Of a stretch of 64,000 nt of DNA, positions 1-10,077 are shown in pieces. This DNA comes from Terriglobia bacterium. Its GTDB lineage: Bacteria > Acidobacteriota > Terriglobia > 20CM-2-55-15. The stretch is taken from NCBI GenBank assembly GCA_965218585.1, contig CBDCLE010000002.1:352001-416000 (forward strand), in the 5' to 3' direction. The notes under the pieces were generated by a model. The model worked only from the letters and a program-made list of their open reading frames with translations. It had not been told where the DNA came from and did no database searches. Every line of letters starts with the position of its first letter. Within the stretch, counting starts at the first letter, position 1. The position numbers were made by a program, and so were the translations under genes.

Positions 1-418
1 CACCCACCATGATCGAGAGAATCCCATCGATCGCACCAGGTTCGCCACCGCTCACCGGAGCGTCGAGCATCCCCACTCCCTTCATCTCCAATTGCTTCCC
101 TATCTTCTGAGAGACAAGAGGGTTGATCGTACTCATGTCGATCAGCAACTGCCCTTCGCGCACTGCACTGACGAAACCATCGGGTCCCAGAACCACGGAT
201 TCCACATCCGGCGAATCCGGAAGCATCGTGATTATGATCTCGGAGGCTTCGGCCACTTCGCGGGCGGACTTGGCCCCGACGGCCCCTTCACTGCCAAGCT
301 CCTTGACGCTGGAACGACTTCTGTTGTGGACGGTGAGCGGAAAACCCGCCTTCAGGAGATTTCGCGCCATGGGTTTCCCCATGATCCCCAATCCAATAAA
401 CCCGACTTTCGTTTTCAT
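1..418 (-). CDS. NAD(P)-dependent 3-hydroxyisobutyrate dehydrogenase / 2-hydroxy-3-oxopropionate reductase family (5' part; runs off the window)
   Basis: Not in the ORF track. Manual translation from ATG 418 gives MKTKVGFIGLGIMGKPMARNLLKAG...DAPVSGG, with the Rossmann GxGxxG and DAPVSGG family motifs. Confidence 0.88.
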   Translation of the reverse strand, partial: MKTKVGFIGLGIMGKPMARNLLKAGFPLTVHNRSRSSVKELGSEGAVGAKSAREVAEASEIIITMLPDSPDVESVVLGPDGFVSAVREGQLLIDMSTINPLVSQKIGKQLEMKGVGMLDAPVSGGEPGAIDGILSIMVG

Positions 419-442
419 GATTTCTCAATTCAAACCGGAATA

Positions 443-549
443 AACGCAGAGACGCAGAGCAAGAAGTAACAGGTTAAGAGAGACAGACTCGCTGACAGAA
501 ATCTCATCAACCATATCATCCGTCCTCAGCGTCTCTGCGTCTCCGCGTT
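443..549. repeat. REP/MITE-like inverted repeat built from 8-bp units
   Basis: aacgcagagacgcagag (443-459) versus ctctgcgtctccgcgtt (533-549) is 16/17 complementary; the right arm has three ctcngcgt units. Confidence 0.6.
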
Positions 550-580
550 AAAGTCTATCTCCCAGACACCGACGTAATAG

Positions 581-2533
581 TCAGGCTTCTTCGGACTCCC
601 GAAGTTTCGCCAGAACAGAATAATCCTCGAGCGTAGTCGTGTCTCCGACCGCTGTCTTCCCGGAAGCGAGATCCCGCAGCAGGCGACGCATGATCTTGCC
701 ACTCCGCGTCTTAGGAAGCGCATCGGTGAAGCGGATCTGCTCGGGTTTTGCGAAAGCGCCGATCATTTTACCGACATGGCCTCGCAACTCCTCCTTAAGT
801 TCCGGCGTGGGATCGGCATCACCTGTCGGCGTGACGAACGCGACAACACCCTGGCCCTTTATTTCGTGTTCGATGCCAACCGCAGCGGCCTCGGCCACCT
901 TCGGATGGCTGACGAGTGCACTTTCGACTTCCATCGTTCCGATCCTGTGACCCGAGACGTTGATCACGTCGTCTATACGACCCATGATCCAGAAGTAGCC
1001 GTCTTCATCCCTGCGTGCGCCGTCCCCTGTGAAGTAGACGCCGGGAATGTCACTCCAGTACTGCTTCTTGTATCGTTCCGGGTCTCCGTAGATGGTTCGG
1101 AGCATCGACGGCCAGGGACGTTTGATCACAAGAAACCCACCCTGGTTATCGGGGAGTGAATTGCCGTCACGATCAACGATATCGGGAACAACGCCCGGCA
1201 GAGGTCTGGTTCCCGAACCCGGCTTCGTGGGCGTCGCGCCAGGCAGCGGAGATATCATGATCGAACCGGTTTCGGTCTGCCACCAGGTGTCTACGATCGG
1301 GCAGTTCTCACCTCCGATCTTCGTGTGATACCACATCCAGGCTTCGGGATTGATCGGCTCGCCGACCGTTCCAAGCAGTCGCAGACTCGAGAGGTCATGC
1401 TTCGCCGGCCATTCGTCGCCCCACTTGATGAAAGCCCGGATGGCAGTGGGCGCAGTGTAGAAGATGTTGATTCTGTACTTCTCGATGATGGACCATAATC
1501 TGTCCGGTTCCGGGTAGTTGGGAGCCCCCTCATACATCACGCTGGTCGTGCCGTTCAGCAGCGGTCCATAGACGATATAGCTGTGCCCGGTGACCCAACC
1601 GATGTCGGCGCCGCACCAGTACGTGTCCTCGTCTTTGAGATCGAAGACCCATTTCATGGTCGCGTACGCGCTCACCATGTAACCGCCCGTCGTATGAACG
1701 ACACCCTTCGGTTTTCCGGTCGTCCCACTCGTATAGAGCATAAAGAGGGGATGCTCAGCATCCAGACGGACGGCCTCGAACTCATCCGACGCCTCAGCGA
1801 TAAGTTCATCCCACCAGAGATCGCGACCGGACTCCATTCCGACGGCTTCTCCCGTTCTCTTGACGACGATAACTTTCTCGACCGAAGGTGCGCCATCGAG
1901 CGCCTCGTCTGCGTTCTTCTTGAGCGGCACAACTGCTCCCCTGCGATAGCCACCATCAGCGGTGATGACGATCTTCGATTGAGAATCGTTGATTCGGTCA
2001 CGCAGAGCTTCCGCACTGAAGCCTCCGAACACGACGTTGTGCGTCACTCCGAGACGCGCGCAAGCCAGCATCGCGATCGGCAACTCTGGAACCATCCCCA
2101 GATAGATTGTGGTCCGATCTCCAGGTTCGGCGCCGAGGGACCGAAGAACGTTGGCAAACCGGCACACTTCACGATGAAGCATCTGGTAGGTCAGGATCCG
2201 CTCCTCACCCGGCTCTCCCTCCCAGAGCAAAGCGACACGATTCTTGCGCCAGCCGGAAAGATGACGGTCAAGGCAGTTGTAAGACAAGTTCGTCTTCGCA
2301 CCAACGAACCACTTGGAAAAGGGTTCGTCCCATTCGAGGACCTTTGACCATGGCTCAAACCACTCCAACTCGGATGCGACCCCGGACCAGAACGCGTCCG
2401 GCTCGTCTATGGATTGCCGGTACATCTTCTCGTAGTCATCCATGCCGGAAACGGTGGCTCTGCTGGAAAATTCGGCACTGGGCGGAAAGACACGGCCCTC
2501 TTTCAAAAAGGATTCGATATTCTTGCCTGACAT
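581..2533 (-). CDS. acs: acetyl-CoA synthetase
   Basis: 650 aa with [20 protein letters not shown] and [11 protein letters not shown] motifs. Confidence 0.97.
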   Translation of the reverse strand: MSGKNIESFLKEGRVFPPSAEFSSRATVSGMDDYEKMYRQSIDEPDAFWSGVASELEWFEPWSKVLEWDEPFSKWFVGAKTNLSYNCLDRHLSGWRKNRVALLWEGEPGEERILTYQMLHREVCRFANVLRSLGAEPGDRTTIYLGMVPELPIAMLACARLGVTHNVVFGGFSAEALRDRINDSQSKIVITADGGYRRGAVVPLKKNADEALDGAPSVEKVIVVKRTGEAVGMESGRDLWWDELIAEASDEFEAVRLDAEHPLFMLYTSGTTGKPKGVVHTTGGYMVSAYATMKWVFDLKDEDTYWCGADIGWVTGHSYIVYGPLLNGTTSVMYEGAPNYPEPDRLWSIIEKYRINIFYTAPTAIRAFIKWGDEWPAKHDLSSLRLLGTVGEPINPEAWMWYHTKIGGENCPIVDTWWQTETGSIMISPLPGATPTKPGSGTRPLPGVVPDIVDRDGNSLPDNQGGFLVIKRPWPSMLRTIYGDPERYKKQYWSDIPGVYFTGDGARRDEDGYFWIMGRIDDVINVSGHRIGTMEVESALVSHPKVAEAAAVGIEHEIKGQGVVAFVTPTGDADPTPELKEELRGHVGKMIGAFAKPEQIRFTDALPKTRSGKIMRRLLRDLASGKTAVGDTTTLEDYSVLAKLRESEEA

Positions 2534-2629
2534 CAGACTCTGCCTCCTTACTTAACTTTTTGGCATCGGCCTCCGGGAAGGCCTGACAAGAGGGGAACAG
2601 GGAGGATAAACCAGAAAAGGAAGGCATGC

Positions 2630-2659
2630 AAAAGGGGCGGCCCTGTGGCCGCCCCTTTT
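2630..2659. terminator. intrinsic terminator (bidirectional-type) downstream of the ferredoxin
   Basis: aaaaggggcggcc-ctgt-ggccgcccctttt is a perfect hairpin with A/T tails. Confidence 0.85.
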
Positions 2660-2678
2660 AAACTTTCGACTCGCTGAA

Positions 2679-2948
2679 CTAGTCCTTGCTCAATCCGAAA
2701 TACTCGTAGTTCACGGGGATATATTTCTGTTCTTCATCCGGCACATTGTCCTCTGGCCAGATAGCGGTCACCGGGCAAGCCGGCTCACAGGCACCACAAT
2801 CGATACACTCTTCCGGATGAATGTAGAGCATCTCGGATTCTTCGAAACCTTCTTCATCCTTCTTTGGATGGATGCAGTCTACCGGACACGCATCAACGCA
2901 GGCGGTGTCCTTGGTGCCGATGCACGGCGAACCGATGATATAGGTCAT
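2679..2948 (-). CDS. FdxA-like dicluster ferredoxin
   Basis: CVDACPVDCI and CIDCGACEPACPV motifs; AGGAG RBS upstream. Confidence 0.93.
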   Translation of the reverse strand: MTYIIGSPCIGTKDTACVDACPVDCIHPKKDEEGFEESEMLYIHPEECIDCGACEPACPVTAIWPEDNVPDEEQKYIPVNYEYFGLSKD

Positions 2949-3045
2949 TCTGATCTCCTTCCAATTTGACTATAGCGTCCCAAAAAACGTCATTATACAC
3001 TGACTTCCCAGACGGCGACGCGCGTCTTTTGCCAAGGTATAGGCT

Positions 3046-4500
3046 TCACTTCAGCATTCGTTTCAGCACTTTCCCCGAAGGTGTTCTGGGAAGATCATCC
3101 ACGATTTCAATCACTTTCGGCACTTTGTAGGCGGCCACATGATCCTTGGAAAAACTGCGCAGTTCGCGCTCATCGATCGTCGCGCCCTCCTCGGCGATAA
3201 CGAAGGCCTTCGGAACCTCACCACGAACCTCATCCGGTATGCCAATCACCGCCACTTCCTTTACAGAGGGGTGCCGCACGAGCGCTTCTTCAATCTCTCT
3301 TGGGTAGATATTTTCTCCCGCAGAGATGATGAGCTCTTTTTTCCGGCCCGTAATCGAGACGTACCCTTCGGCATCTATCTTGCCCAGATCCCCCGTATGC
3401 AGCCAGCCATTGGTGATCGTCTTCGCGGTCTCCTCAGGAAGGTTGTGATAACCCTCCATGACGTTCTCCCCGCGAACCATCACCTCTCCGACTTCATCCG
3501 GCTGGAGCGATTCGCCCTGATCGTTCCAGATCGCAACTTCGACTTCCGGTAAGGCTCGACCGACTGTACCGAGCTTCCGGCTCCCCGGAACGTTGAGCGT
3601 GACCACAGGTGCCGCCTCGGTCTGTCCGTAACCCTCATAGATATCTACGCCGAAGCGGTTTTGGAAGGCTTCCGCTATTGCGACCGGAAGAGGTTCCCCT
3701 CCGGATATCGGGAATCTCAAAGCGCCGACATCGAACTCCTCGTCAGAGGCTGCCAACACCCGGTACATGGACGGGATCGCCATGAAACAGGAAATCCTCT
3801 GCTCTTCAATCAGCTTCAAAACCTTGGTCGGCCCGAACCGGTCCACCAACACAGCTTTGCTTCCGTTTAGTAGTGGCAGCAAGAAGGTGCCCGTAATGGC
3901 GTAGGTATGGAAAAAGGGCAGTAGACAGAGGAAGCTGTCTTCCGGATTGAACTTCCCTGCGAGCTGCGAGGACTTGACGTTCGCGATCAGGTTCGCGTGC
4001 GAGAGGACAACACCCTTCGGTCGTCCCGTCGTACCCGAGGTGTAAAGGTAAAGCGCGGGATCCTGATCCGATCCCGTTTCCAGCCCCGAAGCCTCTGGAA
4101 TGAAGTCAGGATCATCAGCCATCAGGATTTTTCCGTGCTCGCCGAACAGGAGCCGGATCTTCCCAATAGCTTCGTCAAAAAACTTCGACCCGATCAGGCC
4201 CGACATCCCGGAATCCTTCAGTATGAAGCCCAGGTCCTGGGGAGGCAGGAGGTAGTTCAAGGGAACAGCCGTCTTTCCCGCCTTCCAGATGGAAAGCATA
4301 GACACCAGGTATCGCTGGGAATTCAAAAGGAGTATCCCGACGACGCTACCTCTCACCTCAGTCTGGAGACGCCGGGCGAGGCGCTTCACCTCATCATCCA
4401 GCGTTGTATAAGTCCATGACTTCCCCGCCTCATCGACAAGCGCGATACGGTCCGGATGCTGACGGACAGTGCTATCAAATTGTTCGGACAAGAAAGACAT
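3046..4500 (-). CDS. long-chain fatty acid--CoA ligase (AMP-binding family)
   Basis: YTSGTTGRPKG, YGQTE, TGDLG and PRTPSGKVLK motifs; start placed at ATG 4500 (MSFLSEQF). Confidence 0.88.
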   Translation of the reverse strand: MSFLSEQFDSTVRQHPDRIALVDEAGKSWTYTTLDDEVKRLARRLQTEVRGSVVGILLLNSQRYLVSMLSIWKAGKTAVPLNYLLPPQDLGFILKDSGMSGLIGSKFFDEAIGKIRLLFGEHGKILMADDPDFIPEASGLETGSDQDPALYLYTSGTTGRPKGVVLSHANLIANVKSSQLAGKFNPEDSFLCLLPFFHTYAITGTFLLPLLNGSKAVLVDRFGPTKVLKLIEEQRISCFMAIPSMYRVLAASDEEFDVGALRFPISGGEPLPVAIAEAFQNRFGVDIYEGYGQTEAAPVVTLNVPGSRKLGTVGRALPEVEVAIWNDQGESLQPDEVGEVMVRGENVMEGYHNLPEETAKTITNGWLHTGDLGKIDAEGYVSITGRKKELIISAGENIYPREIEEALVRHPSVKEVAVIGIPDEVRGEVPKAFVIAEEGATIDERELRSFSKDHVAAYKVPKVIEIVDDLPRTPSGKVLKRMLK

Positions 4501-4592
4501 AGGGCGAATCAACCTCAGCAGAGGGCGAGTATAGCATGAGAAAACCGCCTTCAATCGGGGGCCGGCACTACTTGGACAGGATGGCCGATCGT

Positions 4593-4988
4593 TTAGGAAC
4601 GCTCCGAAATGGGCGGATGGTAGATGAGCTGGATCAGAATTCGATCTGGATCGTAAAAGTAAAAAGAGCGAGCTCCGTCACGATGAGTTTTCAGAGGTCT
4701 AGCCAGCTCGATACCGTGGTCCTGGAGTCGCCGCGCCCAGAGGTCCACATCCTCAGGAGACGCCACAGCAAACCCGATGTGGTCGAGCGTCTGGACTTCG
4801 CCGGGTTCGCGATCCGGAGGTAGCTCGTGAAGTGCAAGGTTGTCGGAGCCGGAAGTCAAATACACATTCTTCTCATCCGGTTTCCACTCCAGCTGCATGC
4901 CCAGCACATCACGATAAAACGCCATCGATCGACCGACGTTTCGAACATAAAGGGCGGCATGGCGTAGACCTATGAACTGTGGATTCAT
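4593..4988 (-). CDS. VOC (glyoxalase/bleomycin-resistance) family protein
   Basis: GLRHAALYV, DHIGFAV and SFYFYDPD motifs; start placed at ATG 4988. Confidence 0.85.
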   Translation of the reverse strand: MNPQFIGLRHAALYVRNVGRSMAFYRDVLGMQLEWKPDEKNVYLTSGSDNLALHELPPDREPGEVQTLDHIGFAVASPEDVDLWARRLQDHGIELARPLKTHRDGARSFYFYDPDRILIQLIYHPPISERS

Positions 4989-5057
4989 TGACTCGGCCTC
5001 ACGACCAACACTACAATTGGATTCTTTATTGAAGACACGCGAGTGTAGCATACGCGA

Positions 5058-6416
5058 GTGAAGAGAAACCGGGACGGCCTGAGCCTTCCCGAACAGCAGA
5101 TACCGTCTATCGAAAAACTGGAACCAGCCACATTCATGAGCGCGAAGTCATCCGGAAAACCCTACACAACTGAGCACTTGAACGCATGGCGAATGCATCG
5201 CCAGTGGTTGGACCGCCCGTTTGAGGGTCGCAGCATCCTGGACCTCGTACGCAGGCTCGGATGGATTCACTCCCCGGGTTGTTCCACTCCGTACCTTTCT
5301 CTCTGGGCACGATCGAAAAAGTTCAGGCCGGCAAGCCTGGACCGACTGGTCTTCAAGGAGCGAAAGCTCGTCCAGTTGGAAACGTTGCGAGGCTGTACCA
5401 TGCTCCTGCCTCGCGAGCACGCGCCGATCGCACTTCGCGTGCGGAGCCGTGCCTTCACCGACCTAGCCAAAGAAGCCGGCCCTCTCATGCCGATCCGTCA
5501 AAAGGAAATCGACCAGCTCAAGAAGTCAGTTATCCATGCTCTGGAAGGCGGCTCCCTCACCCGGGATGAGATTCGCCTCGCGGTGCCTTCAGGCCTTGTT
5601 CGCGACTTCCCCTTACGATTGAAAAGGATTGGTCTGACAGAGAGCGTATCGTTGGCGATACGCCTGCTGGAAGAAGATGGACGTATCCTCAAGGTTCCGT
5701 CCGGAAAGCGACTGGACTCGACCGAATATACGTACTCTTTGCTTTCCGATGTCCTGCCCGAAGTCGATCCCTTTCATCTGAAGCCCGAAATCGCCAACAT
5801 CGAACTGGCAAGTCTTTACTTTGCCTCCGAAGGGCCCGCGCGAATCAAGGACTTCGCATGGTGGGCCGGAATCAACGTGACTGAAGCAATCCGGGCCGCC
5901 GGAGAGGTCCGCCCGGTTTTACAAGCCATCGAGGTCGCCAACAGCAAGGACGAATTTCTTCTGAGCGCGCACGCGGTGAGGGAATTCTCCGAGTTCACCC
6001 CCGACGATTCTACGGTGAACCTGATCCCCTACCGCGATGTGTACCTCAAGGGACAACGGGAAGTGGTCAACCGCTTCGTTCGCCCCAACCATTCCGACAA
6101 ACCGTTTGCTCGGTTGCGCGGGAAACTCATCAACGATCCCCTGCCGACAGTCATCCGGAACGGTGAAGTTGTGGGCGTCTGGGAATGGGATGCGTCCGGT
6201 CCGGGCAGGCTGAACTCCGAACTCTTTGGAAAAGGTATCGGAAAGCGCGATCAGGAGCGAATCTCGAGGCGTGGGGCTGAGCTTGCCCGGTTCATAAAGA
6301 ACGAGCTTAAAGTGGTACGCCTTGGTGGAAACGGTTCCAGCCGGCAGATGACGCGGATCAGCGACTTGAGAGCCTACTGGGGACAGGGAGCAGAAGTTGA
6401 TGTCAGCGCCGTTTGA
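5058..6416 (+). CDS. HTH_42 winged-helix / AlkZ-like crosslink-repair glycosylase family protein
   Basis: PYLSLWAR, TLRGC, GPARIKDFAWWAG and NGEVVGVW motifs typical of AlkZ/YcaQ-like proteins. Confidence 0.72.
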   Translation: MKRNRDGLSLPEQQIPSIEKLEPATFMSAKSSGKPYTTEHLNAWRMHRQWLDRPFEGRSILDLVRRLGWIHSPGCSTPYLSLWARSKKFRPASLDRLVFKERKLVQLETLRGCTMLLPREHAPIALRVRSRAFTDLAKEAGPLMPIRQKEIDQLKKSVIHALEGGSLTRDEIRLAVPSGLVRDFPLRLKRIGLTESVSLAIRLLEEDGRILKVPSGKRLDSTEYTYSLLSDVLPEVDPFHLKPEIANIELASLYFASEGPARIKDFAWWAGINVTEAIRAAGEVRPVLQAIEVANSKDEFLLSAHAVREFSEFTPDDSTVNLIPYRDVYLKGQREVVNRFVRPNHSDKPFARLRGKLINDPLPTVIRNGEVVGVWEWDASGPGRLNSELFGKGIGKRDQERISRRGAELARFIKNELKVVRLGGNGSSRQMTRISDLRAYWGQGAEVDVSAV

Positions 6417-6687
6417 TATCGATCGAACGGAAGCATCCTATTGGTGGCGCACCAACGTCGTCACCGGGGTCATTCTCCATCGCCTCATGCTGCTCTTCAT
6501 CGCGGTTCCGGCCGTTCTCGTCTGGCAACGTTATTACCTCCTGAGCGGTCTGGTCTTTCTGGGAATGATTCCCTACGGATTCTTTCTCAGATATCTCGCG
6601 GAACGCACCGTTTCAACCTTCATCGAGGCGAACCCAGAAACGGTCTCTGAATTCCAAGAGAGCGGGATCATCAGCGGCGGGGACTGA
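6400..6687 (+). CDS. small two-TM hypothetical membrane protein
   Basis: Two hydrophobic stretches; overlaps the upstream stop, suggesting an operon. Confidence 0.6.
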   Translation: MSAPFDIDRTEASYWWRTNVVTGVILHRLMLLFIAVPAVLVWQRYYLLSGLVFLGMIPYGFFLRYLAERTVSTFIEANPETVSEFQESGIISGGD

Positions 6688-6747
6688 CTGCTCCCTGCAC
6701 CGGCCCTTTTGTTGCGTGCCTTTGGCGATTCTCGATATCATGAACGC

Positions 6748-8610
6748 ATGCATCGAAAGCACTACCCTCTCGCTGTTCTTATTGCAGCCGTTGCCGCTGT
6801 TTCTTCGATAGCTCTCGGCTCGCTGGTTGCGACTCCGGCAACGACCACCCCGGCCGCCCATCTGCTCGCCGCAGAGTCCATATCCGCTAATCGGTACATG
6901 GATCACGTCGAATTCCTGGCGGACCCCGAAATGGAAGGCCGCGGAAACGGATCTCGTGGATTGGAGGAAGCCGCAGACTACCTGGCCGCACAATTCCGCA
7001 TTTGGGGACTCAGCCCGGCCGGCGAAGACGGCACTTACTTCCAGACATTCGAATTGACAACAGAAACCGAGCTAGGCACGGGCAACCGATTGGCTTTAGG
7101 GGAAAGCGATCTGACTCCAGGTGAAGATTTCTCAGCGATTCGATTCTCATCCTCAGCCAGCATCGAAGGTTCCCTGGTTTTCGTCGGCTACGGAATCACA
7201 GCTCCCGAAATGCACTGGGACGACTACGCCGGTGTGGATGTCACTGACAAAATCGTCGTGGCTTTCAGACACGAACCCCAGGAAGAGGACGAGGACAGCC
7301 CTTTCAACGGAACGGAGTTTACGTCCCATGCATCGCTGATGAAAAAGGCGATTAACGCCAGGCAACATGGAGCAGCCGGCATCCTTTTTATTCTGGATCC
7401 CAACAACCATGGACCTGATGAGGAGGAGATCGTCTCGACCGCTACGAGGACGGCGACGGATAACTCCGGCATCGCAGTCGCGTATGCGCGGATGGAGCCC
7501 GTACTGTCTCATTTTGAGACGGGAGGTTTTGATTTGCGTCAGATGCAGACCGAAATCGACACGCGGTTAGAGTCCCGATCGTTCGAATTCGTCGGCCCCG
7601 CGGCAGCGCTGACGACTGACATCGTCCGGGTGCGGAAGCCGGTCCGCAACGTTCTGGCGTCTATCGAAGGTTCAGATCCAGAGTTGAAGAACGAATGGAT
7701 CATAGCCGGCGCACACTACGACCATCTGGGACTTGATGGCGAGTTCTCCTTGGCCCGGGATGGGGATGGACAGATTCACCACGGAGCCGACGACAACGCG
7801 TCGGGGACAGCTGGAATTCTGGAGTTGGCACGCATCGCAGGCCAGAATCGCGAATCTTTCAAGCGCTCCATTCTACTGATAGCTTTCGCGGGCGAAGAGG
7901 TCGGATTGCGCGGATCCAGCCATTTCGTGGGAGAACCGACGATCGACATCGAGAATGCCATCGCGATGTTGAATCTGGATATGATCGGGCGTTTGAGAGA
8001 TGACCACGTGTACGTGAGCGGCGTTGGTACGTCTCCGAGTTTCCGGGAGGCGCTGGAAGAGTTGAACGAGCCGATTGGACTCTCGCTGGACTATTCAGAT
8101 TCGGGCATGGGCGCCAGCGACCACATGTCGTTCAACATAAAAGGGATCCCGGTTCTTTTCTTCTTTTCCGGCCTCCATGGTGACTACCACCGGCCAACCG
8201 ATACGGCAGAGAAGATCAACGCCGATGGAGCGCGCAACGTTCTTATGCTTGCCTACCAGATGCTGGGCCGTTTGGCAGGGGAGGCCGAGCGCCCACTTTA
8301 TACGGAGGTTGTCGAACCTAGACCCGTGACAGGAAGCGGGGGCGGTTATGGGCCGTACTTCGGATCGGTCCCCGATTTTCGGGACGACCTCGGTGGCGTT
8401 CTGTTCGCAGACATCAGCCCGGGAAGCCCTGCCGAAGAAGCCGGGTTGCTGGCGGGCGACCTCATGGTTGAATTCAACGGCAAACAGATTCAGAACCTCT
8501 ACGACTTCACGTATGCACTGCAGGCGGAGGAACCTGGAAACGTCATCACCGTAGTGGTTGAACGCGACGGTGAACCTCTGGCGGCTGAAGTCACACTGGG
8601 AGCGCGCTAA
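6748..8610 (+). CDS. secreted M28 aminopeptidase with PA and PDZ domains
   Basis: Signal peptide; GAHYDHLG, GADDNASG, GEEVG, SDH and DYH motifs; C-terminal PDZ (GSPAEEAGL). Confidence 0.9.
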   Translation: MHRKHYPLAVLIAAVAAVSSIALGSLVATPATTTPAAHLLAAESISANRYMDHVEFLADPEMEGRGNGSRGLEEAADYLAAQFRIWGLSPAGEDGTYFQTFELTTETELGTGNRLALGESDLTPGEDFSAIRFSSSASIEGSLVFVGYGITAPEMHWDDYAGVDVTDKIVVAFRHEPQEEDEDSPFNGTEFTSHASLMKKAINARQHGAAGILFILDPNNHGPDEEEIVSTATRTATDNSGIAVAYARMEPVLSHFETGGFDLRQMQTEIDTRLESRSFEFVGPAAALTTDIVRVRKPVRNVLASIEGSDPELKNEWIIAGAHYDHLGLDGEFSLARDGDGQIHHGADDNASGTAGILELARIAGQNRESFKRSILLIAFAGEEVGLRGSSHFVGEPTIDIENAIAMLNLDMIGRLRDDHVYVSGVGTSPSFREALEELNEPIGLSLDYSDSGMGASDHMSFNIKGIPVLFFFSGLHGDYHRPTDTAEKINADGARNVLMLAYQMLGRLAGEAERPLYTEVVEPRPVTGSGGGYGPYFGSVPDFRDDLGGVLFADISPGSPAEEAGLLAGDLMVEFNGKQIQNLYDFTYALQAEEPGNVITVVVERDGEPLAAEVTLGAR

Positions 8611-9719
8611 TGAGGCCTCTTGCATCGTTAATGGCGGCGATGGCATTGTTCCTGGCCGGTTGTGGGAATGTGAACGACACGGGAGAACCGGCCGGAATCA
8701 ACCAACCGGAACCTGAGAGTACGCCGGCAACCGCCCAACCCGTTGCGGAACATCTCGATGAGGTTCACATCAGAAATCCGCGACAACTGACATTTGGTGG
8801 AGAGAACGCGGAGGCTTACTTTTCGTTCAACGGTCAGGACATCATCTTTCAGTCCACACGCGACGCCAATCAATGTGATCAGCAGTACACGATGAAGACC
8901 GATGGGTCCGACCTCAGACTGGTCAGTACGGGTGAAGGACGGACAACCTGTGGATACTACACCCCAGACGGCGCGACGATCATCTATGCTTCAACCCATC
9001 TGGGAGATCCCGCTTGCCCCCCTGTTCCAGACCAGTCGTTAGGATACGTGTGGCCTCTGTACCGCAGCTTTGACATCTTTGCGGCGAACGCGGATGGGAG
9101 TGGCCTGCGCCGGCTCACCGATGTAGACGGATACGACGCCGAAGGCACAATATCTTCCGATGGCGAAAAGATTGTCTTCACGTCAACGCGGGATGGCGAC
9201 CTGGAGATCTACACGATGAATCTTGACGGCAGTGAACAGACCCGGCTCACCCATGAACTGGGGTACGACGGGGGCCCGTTCTTCTCGCCTGACAGCCAAT
9301 GGATCGTCTACCGGGCGGGTCATCCCACCGACCCCGAAGAAGTGGCCGAGTACGAAGGACTCATAGATCAGGATCTCGTCCGTCCGGACGACCTTGAAGT
9401 CTGGGTCATGCGGGCCGATGGCAGCGAAAAGCGCCAGATCACTTCGTTTGGAGGGGCCAATTGGGCGCCGTATTTCCATCCGAGCGGGGAGAAGATTATC
9501 TTCGCCTCGGATATGGACAACGAGAACCCACGCGTACCCAATTTTGAACTCTACATGATCGATATAGACGGCACAGGGCTCGAGCGACTGACGTTCGATG
9601 AAGCTTTCGACGGGTTCCCGATTTTCAGCGCGGACGGGACTCAACTCATCTGGGCCTCCAATCGGTTTGCCGAAGACCCTGGAAATACCAACGTTTTTGT
9701 TGCAGACTGGATTGAATAG
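8610..9719 (+). CDS. TolB-like PD40 beta-propeller lipoprotein
   Basis: Lipobox LAGC; repeated FSPDG/IVF-type PD40 repeats; TAATG overlap with the M28 gene. Confidence 0.85.
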   Translation: MRPLASLMAAMALFLAGCGNVNDTGEPAGINQPEPESTPATAQPVAEHLDEVHIRNPRQLTFGGENAEAYFSFNGQDIIFQSTRDANQCDQQYTMKTDGSDLRLVSTGEGRTTCGYYTPDGATIIYASTHLGDPACPPVPDQSLGYVWPLYRSFDIFAANADGSGLRRLTDVDGYDAEGTISSDGEKIVFTSTRDGDLEIYTMNLDGSEQTRLTHELGYDGGPFFSPDSQWIVYRAGHPTDPEEVAEYEGLIDQDLVRPDDLEVWVMRADGSEKRQITSFGGANWAPYFHPSGEKIIFASDMDNENPRVPNFELYMIDIDGTGLERLTFDEAFDGFPIFSADGTQLIWASNRFAEDPGNTNVFVADWIE

Positions 9720-9725
9720 GAGATA

Positions 9726-9953
9726 ATGATGCCATTGTTCGAATACGTTTGCAGCCAGTGTGGAACCGAGTTTGAAAAGATCGTTCGCTCACGCACGTCG
9801 GCCGTTGAATGCGTTAGTTGCAGCAGCGCGAAGGTCGAGCGGCAGCTGTCGGTCTTTGCCGTGGCCACGGGCAGAACTGATAGCGCCGCTGGCCCAGCCG
9901 AGTTCTGCGGAACCTGCGGAATGGACGGACCGGGGTGTGGCACAGTGAATTAG
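9726..9953 (+). CDS. FmdB-family zinc-ribbon protein
   Basis: MPLFEYVCSQCG...CVSCSS signature. Confidence 0.88.
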   Translation: MMPLFEYVCSQCGTEFEKIVRSRTSAVECVSCSSAKVERQLSVFAVATGRTDSAAGPAEFCGTCGMDGPGCGTVN

Positions 9954-10077
9954 GAAAGTAACTGGTCAATAGCTACAAGCAAGATTTTCGAACCCGCCGC
10001 TCGTCACTTGTCACTCCCACACAGCACTGCCAACCTGCCCGAACATAGCCGCTCGCGGCTGTGCTAAACTGCCGCCT

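Noticed and set aside
92-469. Plus-strand ORFs of 125 and 106 aa
   Set aside because: Shadows of the minus-strand dehydrogenase starting at 418.
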